Shown: positions 12,719 through 64,000 of the stretch, one piece after another
Layout of the letters: each line of letters starts with the position of its first letter
Numbering within the stretch: the first letter of the stretch is position 1
Source of the DNA: Amoebidium appalachense
Lineage: Eukaryota > Protista > Ichthyosporea
Direction of reading: 5' to 3'
Length of the DNA: 64,000 nucleotides
NCBI GenBank assembly: GCA_963693365.1
Contig: CAVNZM010000013.1
Location: 8,308,940 to 8,372,939 of the forward strand
Made by a program: the position numbers and the translations under genes
The notes under the pieces: generated by a model
Database searches by the model: none
Seen by the model: the letters and a program-made list of their open reading frames with translations, nothing else
What the model was told of the DNA's origin: nothing

Positions 12719-13438
12719 CGGGGGGTAATTGGGGGATATGGTACGAAGTATGCAGGGGGGGGGGGGGGGGGGGGGTTGGCCAAGTGCCTTTCAAATTGGT
12801 AGCCCGTCGAGGCTAGGCCTCTGAAGAAAGGTAGAGCAACGTCATAGTAAAAGCCTCAACTCCAATCTTTATTCCTGCAGTAAAATCACGATCCATAATT
12901 ACCGAATATTGCCGGGGGGGTACAATGGTGAGCAAAGGTGAATGGTATTATGTGATACATAGGTCGATATGTGCATGCTTAAGGAAAGGGGGGCGATGTA
13001 CACCCACATTCACACCGCTTTCCGAAAATGTAAATAAACGTGTAGGTCCATTTTGGTTGGAGACACTTTTGTCTTATTTGTCTCCTGGACCATTCGTTTC
13101 TTTCTAAACTAAAGGTTTTTTGGGGGGGGAGGGGGAGGGGAGCAAGAAGGTGGCCCAGGGGGGAAGGCGGATGTAGATTCGAGGCACAGAAGTAGCAAAC
13201 AGCAAGGGAGCGAGTAAGTTTCAAAAAGAAAATGAGAAAGGGAGGGGGGCGAACAAGGGAGGGGGGGAGGAGGAGGAGGATTGAGAGGAGGGCGAACAAG
13301 GGAGGGGGGGAGGAGGAGGAGGAGTATTTGGTGGGGGTGGGGTGGGTGGGTAGGTGGTGGAGGGGAGCGGGTGGGGGGGGAGGGGGAGGGGGGGGTGGGG
13401 GGGCCTGGGAAATGTGTGTGTATGTGTGTGTAAGTGAC

Positions 13439-13471
<33 letters not shown>

Positions 13472-13672
13472 ATGTGTGTGTGCCACTGTGCCTATGTGTG
13501 TTTTTGTGTCTGTGTATCCATGTGTGTGCGTGTGCGCGCAGTAGAATCTGTGGGTGTCTGCGTGTTTTTGAAACAGCTGAAAAGATGAAGATACTGAGTC
13601 TGAATTGGGAGAGAGAAGGGGGGAAGGAGGGGGAAGGGGGGGGGGAGCGGGGGAGAGGGGGGGGGGGCAACC

Positions 13673-13941
13673 TACTTGTGTTGATGTCAGCAAGCAGAGC
13701 CACCTGCTTGTCTCCCTTGCCGGGGGGTATGAACACGGGGTTGAGCACGATGCGCCTTGCACCTGCCCCGTACAGAGTGGCCACAATGCCCATCAGAGCA
13801 TCTACTACCTCCTGTGCAGGGACGCTGCCACCTGCAAAGCACAGAGTCAGCAACGGCACAGCTGGCACACTCTCAGAGCTCACAAGGTCCCGATGACCGG
13901 GCTCAATCCCCTCCCCGGCCCTCCCCCTTCCACTCCCCCCT

Positions 13942-13977
<36 letters not shown>

Positions 13978-15368
13978 ATTGTGTTGTTGCTCTCGTCTCT
14001 GGCCCCGACCATCCCTGCACCATGCTTCACTCAAACATGCACCCCCCCTTCCCTCCCTAAGGCTCCCTGCTGTATGCGGGTGCACCTTCCTTTGTAACCG
14101 TGTGCGCCTATCACCTGGTTACCTATGTTTGCGTGTTTGTGCGCTAAACCTCGGGAACCCAATTCGTTCTGTGCCTGGGACAGCCAACAGTAGGGTACGT
14201 GTTTGTTGCAACCGTTAGAGCCTGTAAGCAACGGGACAATGCTAGGTTGGTGTTGTTGTGTGCATTACCGAGATATACACACAAGCAAGAATATTCGAAC
14301 TACTGAACTTTCAACATCAATGTAAATTGCACACACCTGACTGCATGACGTCATTGCCTCCACCCCAAATGACGTAAAGCTGCTTGGGGGTGGGCTTGGT
14401 GCCGTTGAGGTACTGGGCCACCTGCAATAGGGGGGGGGGGTCCAACACATCAGGGGGGGTTTCTTTGCATTTGAATCACGTGTACCATAATTAAAGAGCT
14501 TCCCGCATTCTATCACAGGGAAAATATACAGTAAAGGGAGTGTCGTTGGGCCACACTTTTTTGCGCAGAAGCTATGATTCAGATTTCGAGTGCTAACATT
14601 TGTGCATAATGCAAATTGAAGGAAGCAAAGAACCCTGCAGGAAGCGTTCGACACAGACCCTCCCCCCCTCTTTTTTTCTCTTATCATTTTGCTAGCTATA
14701 TTGTTATTATTACTATCATAAGTTGCTATTATTATTATGAATATATATCATTATTACTTAAGTCTATTATTACTAGGCTATTACTTATCATTATTACTAG
14801 TTATCATTATTATTATTATTATTTGGGGGAGGGGAAGCTCTGGGTTGTTTTTATTCAAGAGGCGTCACCAGGCGCACCCACCCATGGCCATGCACGTATC
14901 AAGTAATTAGGGCCCTTACCGCCTAATCCATGGGTGTTGTCGCGGGGAGTCCCCCTTGTGGCTGGGAACTATTTGTGCCGTTTTGAGGCATCCCAGTGGG
15001 CGGGGCAGCAGCAAGGGCAGTGGTGTTGGGGGGGGCGAGGGTGTGGGAGGTGGAGCCGGCAAACCCGGTCAGTGAGGGGCACACGCAGCCATTCGGCTAC
15101 ATACTCGATCGCCACGGGGCCATCTGGGGGGGCATCAGTCAGGAGTTGTCCAGTGCACGTGGGGGCGGGTTCATGTCTAATCAGTACTAGTGTGAGAGTA
15201 GAATATTATGGTGGGCAATTATGAATGGGGCTGGACTGCGGCAAGGCTCGAGCTCTATTATTAGCTAGAGAAGTAAAATGGCAGGTTAATTCACTGTACT
15301 GCTTGAATGACGCACTAAAAGCGGCTGGTAGCGCGTGCACCCGTGTCAGGCTAGATTGCACCTTTTTT

Positions 15369-15411
<43 letters not shown>

Positions 15412-15475
15412 GGGGGGGGGTGGAGAGGGTGGGGGGTGGTGGGGGTGGTGGGGGTGTTGGTGGGGGCGGGCGGGG

Positions 15476-15518
<43 letters not shown>

Positions 15519-15566
15519 GGGGGGAGGAGGCGGCCTAGGGGAGCTCCCGGCGGCGAGCCATGGCCT

Positions 15567-15632
<66 letters not shown>

Positions 15633-15940
15633 GCTCGAGGGGAGCCTAGGGGAGGAGATAGGGGAGAGAGGGAAAGGGGGAGGGGAGAAGGCTCGGAAGG
15701 GTCTGTGTTGAATGCGTCTCAATAAGCGGTGAGGTGGCACATACTCGAAAAGCGGCCATTGAAGAAGGGGCGTGTGGGGGGCAACTTCATGCCGCTCAGC
15801 TTGTAGGCGCCGTTGCAGTCAGTGTCTGACAGGGAGTCGCCAAACAGCACAATGTCGCTGGGCCGGGCCACAGCTCTGTCCCTCTCTCCATCTGTGACGC
15901 CAGCCAAAAAGGCTGCTGCCAGAATAATGGCGGTCTTCAT
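13673..15940 (-). CDS. Secreted GDSL/SGNH lipase-esterase (partial model; 3' exons probably extend toward ~12 kb but are unresolved)
   Basis: Exon ~15940-15744 gives signal peptide MKTAIILAAAFLAG, block I VLFGDSLSD and GRFS. Exon ~15124-15066 gives GPVAIEYVAEWL. Exon ~14421-14337 gives VAQYLNG...LYVIWGGGND (block III). Exon ~13832-13673 gives IVATLYGAGARRIVL. Block II and the catalytic DxxH were not located with confidence. Confidence 0.85.
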
Positions 15941-16024
15941 TTTAGTTGTTTGCTCACAAGGTTTACCCTTTGCTGTGGCAAGCGCAGTGTGAGAATGTGA
16001 GACGTTTATGCCAAGTGTGTTCAA

Positions 16025-16206
16025 TTTATAGTAAAATTGTGAGGCAAGTCCTCCAATCCGGATAAGGCTTCCAAAATTACGCGCATTATGATTGGATAAG
16101 CGGTGATGATAGCTATTTAAGGTAAAGACGTATTTTGGAATTTGTGCGACAACCTGTTTTGATTGGGTGAAAGAACGACTGCCCGGGTTTAGGCACGATT
16201 GATTGG
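16025..16206 (-). promoter_or_regulatory. Putative GDSL gene promoter (TATA plus CCAAT boxes)
   Basis: TATAAA on the - strand at 16025-16030, ~85 nt upstream of the ATG. CCAAT/ATTGG at 16053, 16091, 16162 and 16202. Confidence 0.55.
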
Positions 16207-16621
16207 ACATCGACCGCCCGGGGGAAACACCGAAACGGTTCAACCTGGTTCCCGTTCAAAGTCAAGTTTGGCTGCCTTTTCGAAGTGAGCATGAAAGAAA
16301 ATATAGATAATGAGTGAATATATATATGTATATTTTCGAGCATTGAAAATACCGCTGGGATTATGCGATGGTTGCGATGGTCATGTAATTCGATTGATCA
16401 CCGTAATCCTGACGTGTTATGACGTCACATTCCAATGTGCTCATCTCATGTGCATGGCAAAACAAAACATTGATAACTTGTTATTTGTGCAGCCCTTGGT
16501 ATACACAGGCACACGTGTATGTATATATGTACCATTTAACACTATTTATAACGTTTACCCCACGCGCACGCTCGCTGACCAAATTATCCATGCATATCCG
16601 CCCCTCATGATCCAGGATCCT

Positions 16622-17100
16622 AATCATCCTATGTTCTCCCACTGAATTCCGGCCGGTGACTTCAGGGCTGCCGGTCCCTTGTGTAAGGCTTCATGGTCCA
16701 AATATTTCTGCTCTCCAAATTTATCTTCGAAGCAGCTAGGTCTGTCAAAATATCACTGTATCGTCACTGTGTCGTGCACATGTAGAACACAAATAAGTAC
16801 ATGCAATAGCCAATCTATGCATATGCATTATGGCATATTGATAAAGAAAGTCAACGGAAAGCCCATTGGTACTGAAACAAAACAGACGTCGACATTCAAT
16901 GATGCCATCGATCAGACCATCGATCCGTCCGAAATCACGTTGCGTTGTGTACGCACGGTGGCTGTTCAGTCAGATCCTGCATGCATAAAATTACATATGG
17001 ACTTCCCTCTCACGGTATCGGTCCAGTTGTACAAGAAGAATAATCCCAGTATCTTTGGCAGCTTGCTAGCGCTGCGTGTTCCAGCTCATCATCAGTCAAA
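16622..17100 (-). CDS. Possible terminal exons of an unknown small gene (upstream exons may lie in 17.2-18.96 kb)
   Basis: Segments ~17100-17013 and ~16742-16622 join in phase via GT-AG to give ...LASCQRYWDYSSCTTGPIP|PSCFEDKFGEQKYLDHEAL...WENIG*. No family recognised. Confidence 0.3.
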
Positions 17101-17541
17101 CCAGCTAATAAGCGGGCCAAGAACAGAATAGCCACACGTTTTCATCTATATGCTATATGGCCTTCGGTTATCGAATCGAAAACATGCTAATTGCAACTTG
17201 AAGCCGTCATGAATATGCTGCGTGGCATGGTCGGCCTGTGGCAGACCGGACTTTGTACTGGGGTCGCCCAGGCGCCTGGGGACCGACCCACTGAAGACCT
17301 GGCTAGTAGCCTAGCCCTTATAATTACTCAGAACCAATGGAAACAGCTCTTCGGCCGGCGGAGTCTTCGCATCACATGTATCAGCTTACATAACCTCGAA
17401 GGTTGTTAACGGTCACCAGTCATTCGAATCCCCCTCCCCCCCCTCCCCTCCCCTCCCTCCCCCCGTCCCCCACCCACTCGCCACAAATACTACCCACCCG
17501 GACCCACCCAACCACACACACCCACGCAGTCACCCACACGT

Positions 17542-17580
<39 letters not shown>

Positions 17581-17593
17581 AACACACGCACAT

Positions 17594-17656
<63 letters not shown>

Positions 17657-17666
17657 CATGTACATG

Positions 17667-17743
<77 letters not shown>

Positions 17744-17746
17744 CAG

Positions 17747-17815
<69 letters not shown>

Positions 17816-18473
17816 ACTCCCCACGGCCCTTCTCGCTCTGCATTCTTCCTTCCTTCACAGCTCTCTATCTTTCTTTCAGAATTTCCTTTCTTTTCTTTTC
17901 CTTTCTAAGACAAAATTTCTTTCTTTTCTTTCTTTCTTTCTTTCTTTCTTTTCATTTTTTTTGGAGGTGAGAAGGGGGGGGATATATCCGGGGAACATGC
18001 ACACTGTCACGGTACAGTAAAACTGCATGCTATCCAATGGATCCGGACATGTACAGCATCAGCAGCAGAGCAGATCACTGCATGCGCAGCTATTATGATT
18101 AACTAACGCAGGGCCTCCGTGTGGCAGAAAGTTACGAACGATTTAGGTTCGACAACAAGAGTCTGGCATTGCAGAATATACCACGGCGTTGTAATTATCT
18201 GGCACCAATAGCGCCACATCATTTGGCCAAGGTCTTAAAAATTGACGAGGGCAAGACATCACCTAGTCTAAGATATCCTCCCTCCCCCCCCCCCCTCCCT
18301 CCCCCCCCCTCGGCCCAGAGGGCCCGGCCACCTCAGCAGAATCAACATGCTCCCAGCAGAATCATTATACAAAAACGGAATCATTGAATTCGGCAAAAAA
18401 CGGACTCGTTCTTAGATCTAGTTCATCGAATGCTGCAAAAATTTAGTCATTCTGCTCCATAGTTATTCCTAAC

Positions 18474-18504
<31 letters not shown>

Positions 18505-18651
18505 TTCCCCCCCCCCCCCTTCCCCGCCTCCTTTTTTTGTCGTTGCTGTTGGCTAAGCGGATCATATCCTCCACCACAATCACTTCTTCTCGCACAGTCA
18601 CTAATGAGCCGAAGCCAAGAACTAGGTCAGTGATCGACCCACACTCGGTCC

Positions 18652-18699
<48 letters not shown>

Positions 18700-19239
18700 G
18701 GGGCCCCCAGAGCCGCCGCGGCCGTTCAAAATTTAGAAAAGCGACCTGGGCACAGACATATCGAGGATGTTCGTCGGCAGCATTTATTTTTCCCAGGGGC
18801 CCCTTCAAGCTACGAACACCAATATATACATCAGTGAACATACAATCCATACATTCATGATAATAAAATACACGCATGGTTTTTGGTTTACGCGACAATG
18901 CCAAGTGACTACCATAAAAATACAGCATCACCGTCAACAGCCACAATTTACATTCCTCCATTAGGGGGGCACATACATTCATATTCATACGAGCAGGCAC
19001 ACCACGTCCTCTCTATCATTCGCCTATGTGGGCACATTCATTATCTCGAGCACATGATCCATACAAACATGCATACATTCAAATATGGATCAGCGAAAAA
19101 ACAACACCACATTCATTCAACATGCACATGCACCACACTAAAATGCCTGCTAACACAACCGCACATGCGTGCCACCAACCACTTACTAACAAGCTCTTGC
19201 TAAGGAATAAACACAAAAAGCAAACGAACGCTTTTCGGC

Positions 19240-60781
<41,542 letters not shown>

Positions 60782-61099
60782 TCTCTCAGCAGCACCCTTG
60801 TGCCTACACAGCCGGCCCCTCCTGAAGTGATGAAGGTATGTACCTATCCCTCCCCATTGCCACCTGTCTACTTCAACTCTGTGTCTATATAGCTCGTTAA
60901 TCACTAGCTGCTATGCCGTATTTCCTCGATTGGCCCCTACTACCTCCCCAACGTTTACTGTCTGTCAGCATTTAAGTTTGCCATTGCCGTCCACACCCCA
61001 CACCTTTGTTCTCGGCCCCACAGTGTTCAACTTGAAAAGGAAAACAGTTGCGCCTTTATTTATCTTTATCCATATATGGGCAAAACGATGCGCGCTAAT

Positions 61100-61127
61100 C
61101 CAATCGAATGCAGAGTCAGTGACGTCA
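61100..61127. promoter_or_regulatory. Putative BEACH-gene promoter elements (CCAAT plus perfect CRE)
   Basis: CCAAT 61100 and GTGACGTCAC 61119-61128, ~330 nt upstream of the tentative ATG. A second TGACGTCA at 62152 lies a similar distance upstream of the divergent gene. Confidence 0.5.
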
Positions 61128-62477
61128 CAGGCTCGACCTGGTGCGTCCGCGGCCGGGGCTGCCCCGGCCCGGGCAGCCGGGCTGTCCCGTCGGTGGTCTA
61201 CAAAGACTCTCCCTCTCTGACATACTTTGCTGCTGGGGGGTGCACCTGTTGCTGTGCACCATTCTCCCTCCTTGTCTGCAAGCGGGGGTCGATGTGTCTT
61301 ATCAGAAAATCGATATACGCACCATGGCAAGGCATGCGTATTTCTAGCAAGAGTGAACGAGTGGCTGCAGAGGCTTGTGCTTCTCACAAAGAGTTTGCTG
61401 GTTTGAGTCAGATGTACGTCTAACCAGTCACAACAGAGGTCATTGGGTTACCATACACTGCAAGTACGCGTGCAACCATGACAAATAGAAGACTGCGTGC
61501 TGTGCTCTGTGTATGTTACAAAGTTTTTGTACGTGCGTGTACACGTACCTGTGTGCAGGTGTGAGAGTGCAGCAGGCGTGCATGTGCAGGATTGTCCGTG
61601 TGCGTGAGGCTTTCTGTGTGTCCGTGTCTTTTTTCATATGGAATTTCTCATTTATTCGCCTGTACCCCTGATTGTTTTTGTGCTTGCATTGCCACGGTGT
61701 AGGATCTGATTGCCCTGCAGCGTGCGCGTTTAGAAGTGCCCCGAGCCCTACCGCCGTTTCAAAGAAATCAGTCTGGCTGTACGTCCATAATAGTACTAAA
61801 GAAACCAGAAATGTGTAATAATAAGTTCGAATGTTGTGTTGACCGTAACAGCTGCTAACAACTGCTAGCAGGGATCCGGAAGCCGCGAGGCCTTGGAGGC
61901 CCGGGTCAAGCCACTTTTGCAACCATGGGTCGCCAACAGAACTGGGACCAACCACGGCACATCCCAGCCAAGGCATTGATACATACATACGTGAGAAAAC
62001 GTGGTCATGGCACCACCCGCAACGACTTGTGTGTACTGCAAGCCTGCAACCCAATCGACTCTGCCGTGGGGCCGGGGGTTGTTATACACTGTGATAACCA
62101 CACAGGCGCTGCCGTTGTACAACAAGGGATTGCGCAAACCCGCTCGATTTCTGACGTCACGTGTGTTCCTTTGCCAACCGTTCGCCTGCCCGTGAGTCAT
62201 GATCACGCACAGGTTGTGGGCGCATGCAGTAGGCTACTTAGCAATTTTGACATGACAAACAGCTGCACGGAGACAACACTGCCATGAAATATTGTTTCGT
62301 TAGTTGTCACTCCACTCCGAGGCCTCCTCTTGTGCCTTGCTTTTGTTTTTTTTCACGAGTTGCTTACCACGAACACCACGTCTCGCTATCCCACCGACCT
62401 CCTTACCACCTACCCGCCTGTTCCTTACCCAATCACACACCCGAGTCCCCGCCTCCGTTCAAGGACATCAAATCACC

Positions 62478-63506
62478 ATGTCAGTTTCGTATTCCCGCCC
62501 CACCCTCCCACCCATTCGATTTCTGAAAGGGCACACACAAGCAGACACACACACTGGCGGTAGCCTGGACTCTCTCCTGTGGCCCGTCATTCACGAACTA
62601 CACGACGCACCTGCAGACACGTGCCCTGTTGCTTACGCCTGGTTGGAGTGGTGCGAGCCTACAGTGCCAGACGACGGCCTTCGAAGAACCTTGTTTCCCC
62701 GTGTTAGCCTGCACCATCCTGATGGCTCCTTTGAAAAGTGGGACGGGCCGAGCCATTTTGCAACTAAAGTGTTAAAGGACGCTGGGAAGAAGTGGAAGTC
62801 CTCGCTGAAGGTGGTGCCGACAAGTACAGGGGCTGACGGGCAGGTGGTCTATCAGCTTCCGCGAAAAGGTGCGAGCAGAAAGGAGCTGCAGGACTATGTG
62901 GGCAAACTGCCGCGTGTGGTGGAACAGGCAGAGAGGCTGGGCTTTGACGTCGGCACGTTCAAGGCGGGGCCTGAGGGAGAGAAGACTACAAAGGAGAAGG
63001 AGGCAAAGAAACGAAAAAGCGAGAGCTCTGTTGTGGACGGGGAGAAGAGGATAAAGTTGCGGGTGAGGCAGAGGTATGGGGAGGGGCGAAAGGAATCGGA
63101 AGCATCGACAGATGATGAGTGGAACAGGTCAGAGGACAATCCAGCGGGCTCTAGAAAGTTCGGGGCGAGCAAGGGGAAGAAGGCTGAATTAAGCAGTGAA
63201 AGTCGAATTGTGCAAAAGGAAGGGGGGGAGGGAGAGCTCGGGTCGCTGGTGGAAGTATTTTTGGGGAAACTGAAGGAGGCGGGGGAGTTGGCAGCACAGT
63301 TGCTTGAACGTGAGGCAGGGCTGAGAGAAAAGTGCGAGGAAGAGATGAGAAAGAACGAGATACTGCTGGAGAGGGTGAGGGAGGAGAGGATGCAGAGGGA
63401 GGTACTGGCCAGGGAGGTGAGGGAGGAGAAGGAGAGGTCGGAGGGTTTGAGGCTGGAAAACGAGCAATTGAAAGAGAAGGTTAGACTGGCTAATGGTGTG
63501 CCTTAG
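62478..63506 (+). CDS. Intronless ~342-aa putative nuclear protein with SAND-like motif, basic NLS-like patch and C-terminal coiled coil
   Basis: Long non-repetitive ORF with ATG in CACCATG context. Contains W-x-x-PSHF-x9-KKWKSSLKV, then AKKRK and KRIKLR, then an E/R/K/L-rich helical tail. Confidence 0.8.
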   Translation: MSVSYSRPTLPPIRFLKGHTQADTHTGGSLDSLLWPVIHELHDAPADTCPVAYAWLEWCEPTVPDDGLRRTLFPRVSLHHPDGSFEKWDGPSHFATKVLKDAGKKWKSSLKVVPTSTGADGQVVYQLPRKGASRKELQDYVGKLPRVVEQAERLGFDVGTFKAGPEGEKTTKEKEAKKRKSESSVVDGEKRIKLRVRQRYGEGRKESEASTDDEWNRSEDNPAGSRKFGASKGKKAELSSESRIVQKEGGEGELGSLVEVFLGKLKEAGELAAQLLEREAGLREKCEEEMRKNEILLERVREERMQREVLAREVREEKERSEGLRLENEQLKEKVRLANGVP

Positions 63507-64000
63507 TAATGTTATCGTTAAACGCCATGGTGGATGTAGTCCAAGACCTGCTTGTGGTGTATGATTGCTTTATGGGAAACTGGGGTACATACACTTTGGT
63601 GAGGCAACACGTTGGTTTATTGGTAGTTTCGGTCTCTTGTGAAGTCTTGTATGGCATACCGGCCTTGGCAATGCCCACACTTCAACGAGAGGAGAACAGG
63701 GTTGCCACGAATGAAATGAACCCTTATATTATCGATTGCTGCAGTTGAGCCTCCGTCATTGCCTTGTGCATGTACGCAGAGATTGATATTTGTTGTTCGA
63801 AGATAAATGGGTCCCAAATGTACATGTCTATCTATTACTGAAGTGTTAGATACCTATAGACTGACTATGATTACAGTATATAAGGGGTATGTTCAAGTTT
63901 TGCGTCGGCAAGTACGTGTCGACAATTCGAAACACAAGTAATTCGTATTCGGTAACCGGTTGTCTTGAGTGAAATGCTCATTTGTATTGAACTGGGTGCT

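Overview
This is intron-rich eukaryotic genomic DNA saturated with (CA)n/(TG)n and poly-G/C tracts, so most ORFs in the supplied track are repeat artefacts. A bona fide tyrosine kinase plus a neurobeachin-type gene with non-animal ectodomain architecture suggests a unicellular holozoan (inference). Supported content: (1) a + strand receptor tyrosine kinase with a Pmp/beta-helix-like GGA(I/L/V)-FxxN repeat ectodomain (13 exons reconstructed, 5' end unresolved); (2) a - strand secreted GDSL/SGNH hydrolase (partial); (3) a ~41.5 kb - strand neurobeachin/LRBA-like BEACH-WD40 gene of roughly 45 exons, which hosts a tRNA-Ile(AAT), a dead 5'-truncated non-LTR retrotransposon with stacked 3'-end copies and many minisatellites; (4) an intronless + strand gene with a SAND-like motif and coiled coil. 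The most notable unexplained signals are a ~290-nt multibranched RNA structure beside an orphan CCAAT cluster (11.1-11.55 kb), sense-strand (CA)n tracts that directly abut 3' splice sites in place of a polypyrimidine tract, minisatellite arrays anchored on and re-iterating splice signals, and the SAND-like gene. All structures and gene models were read by eye and need computational or RNA-seq confirmation.
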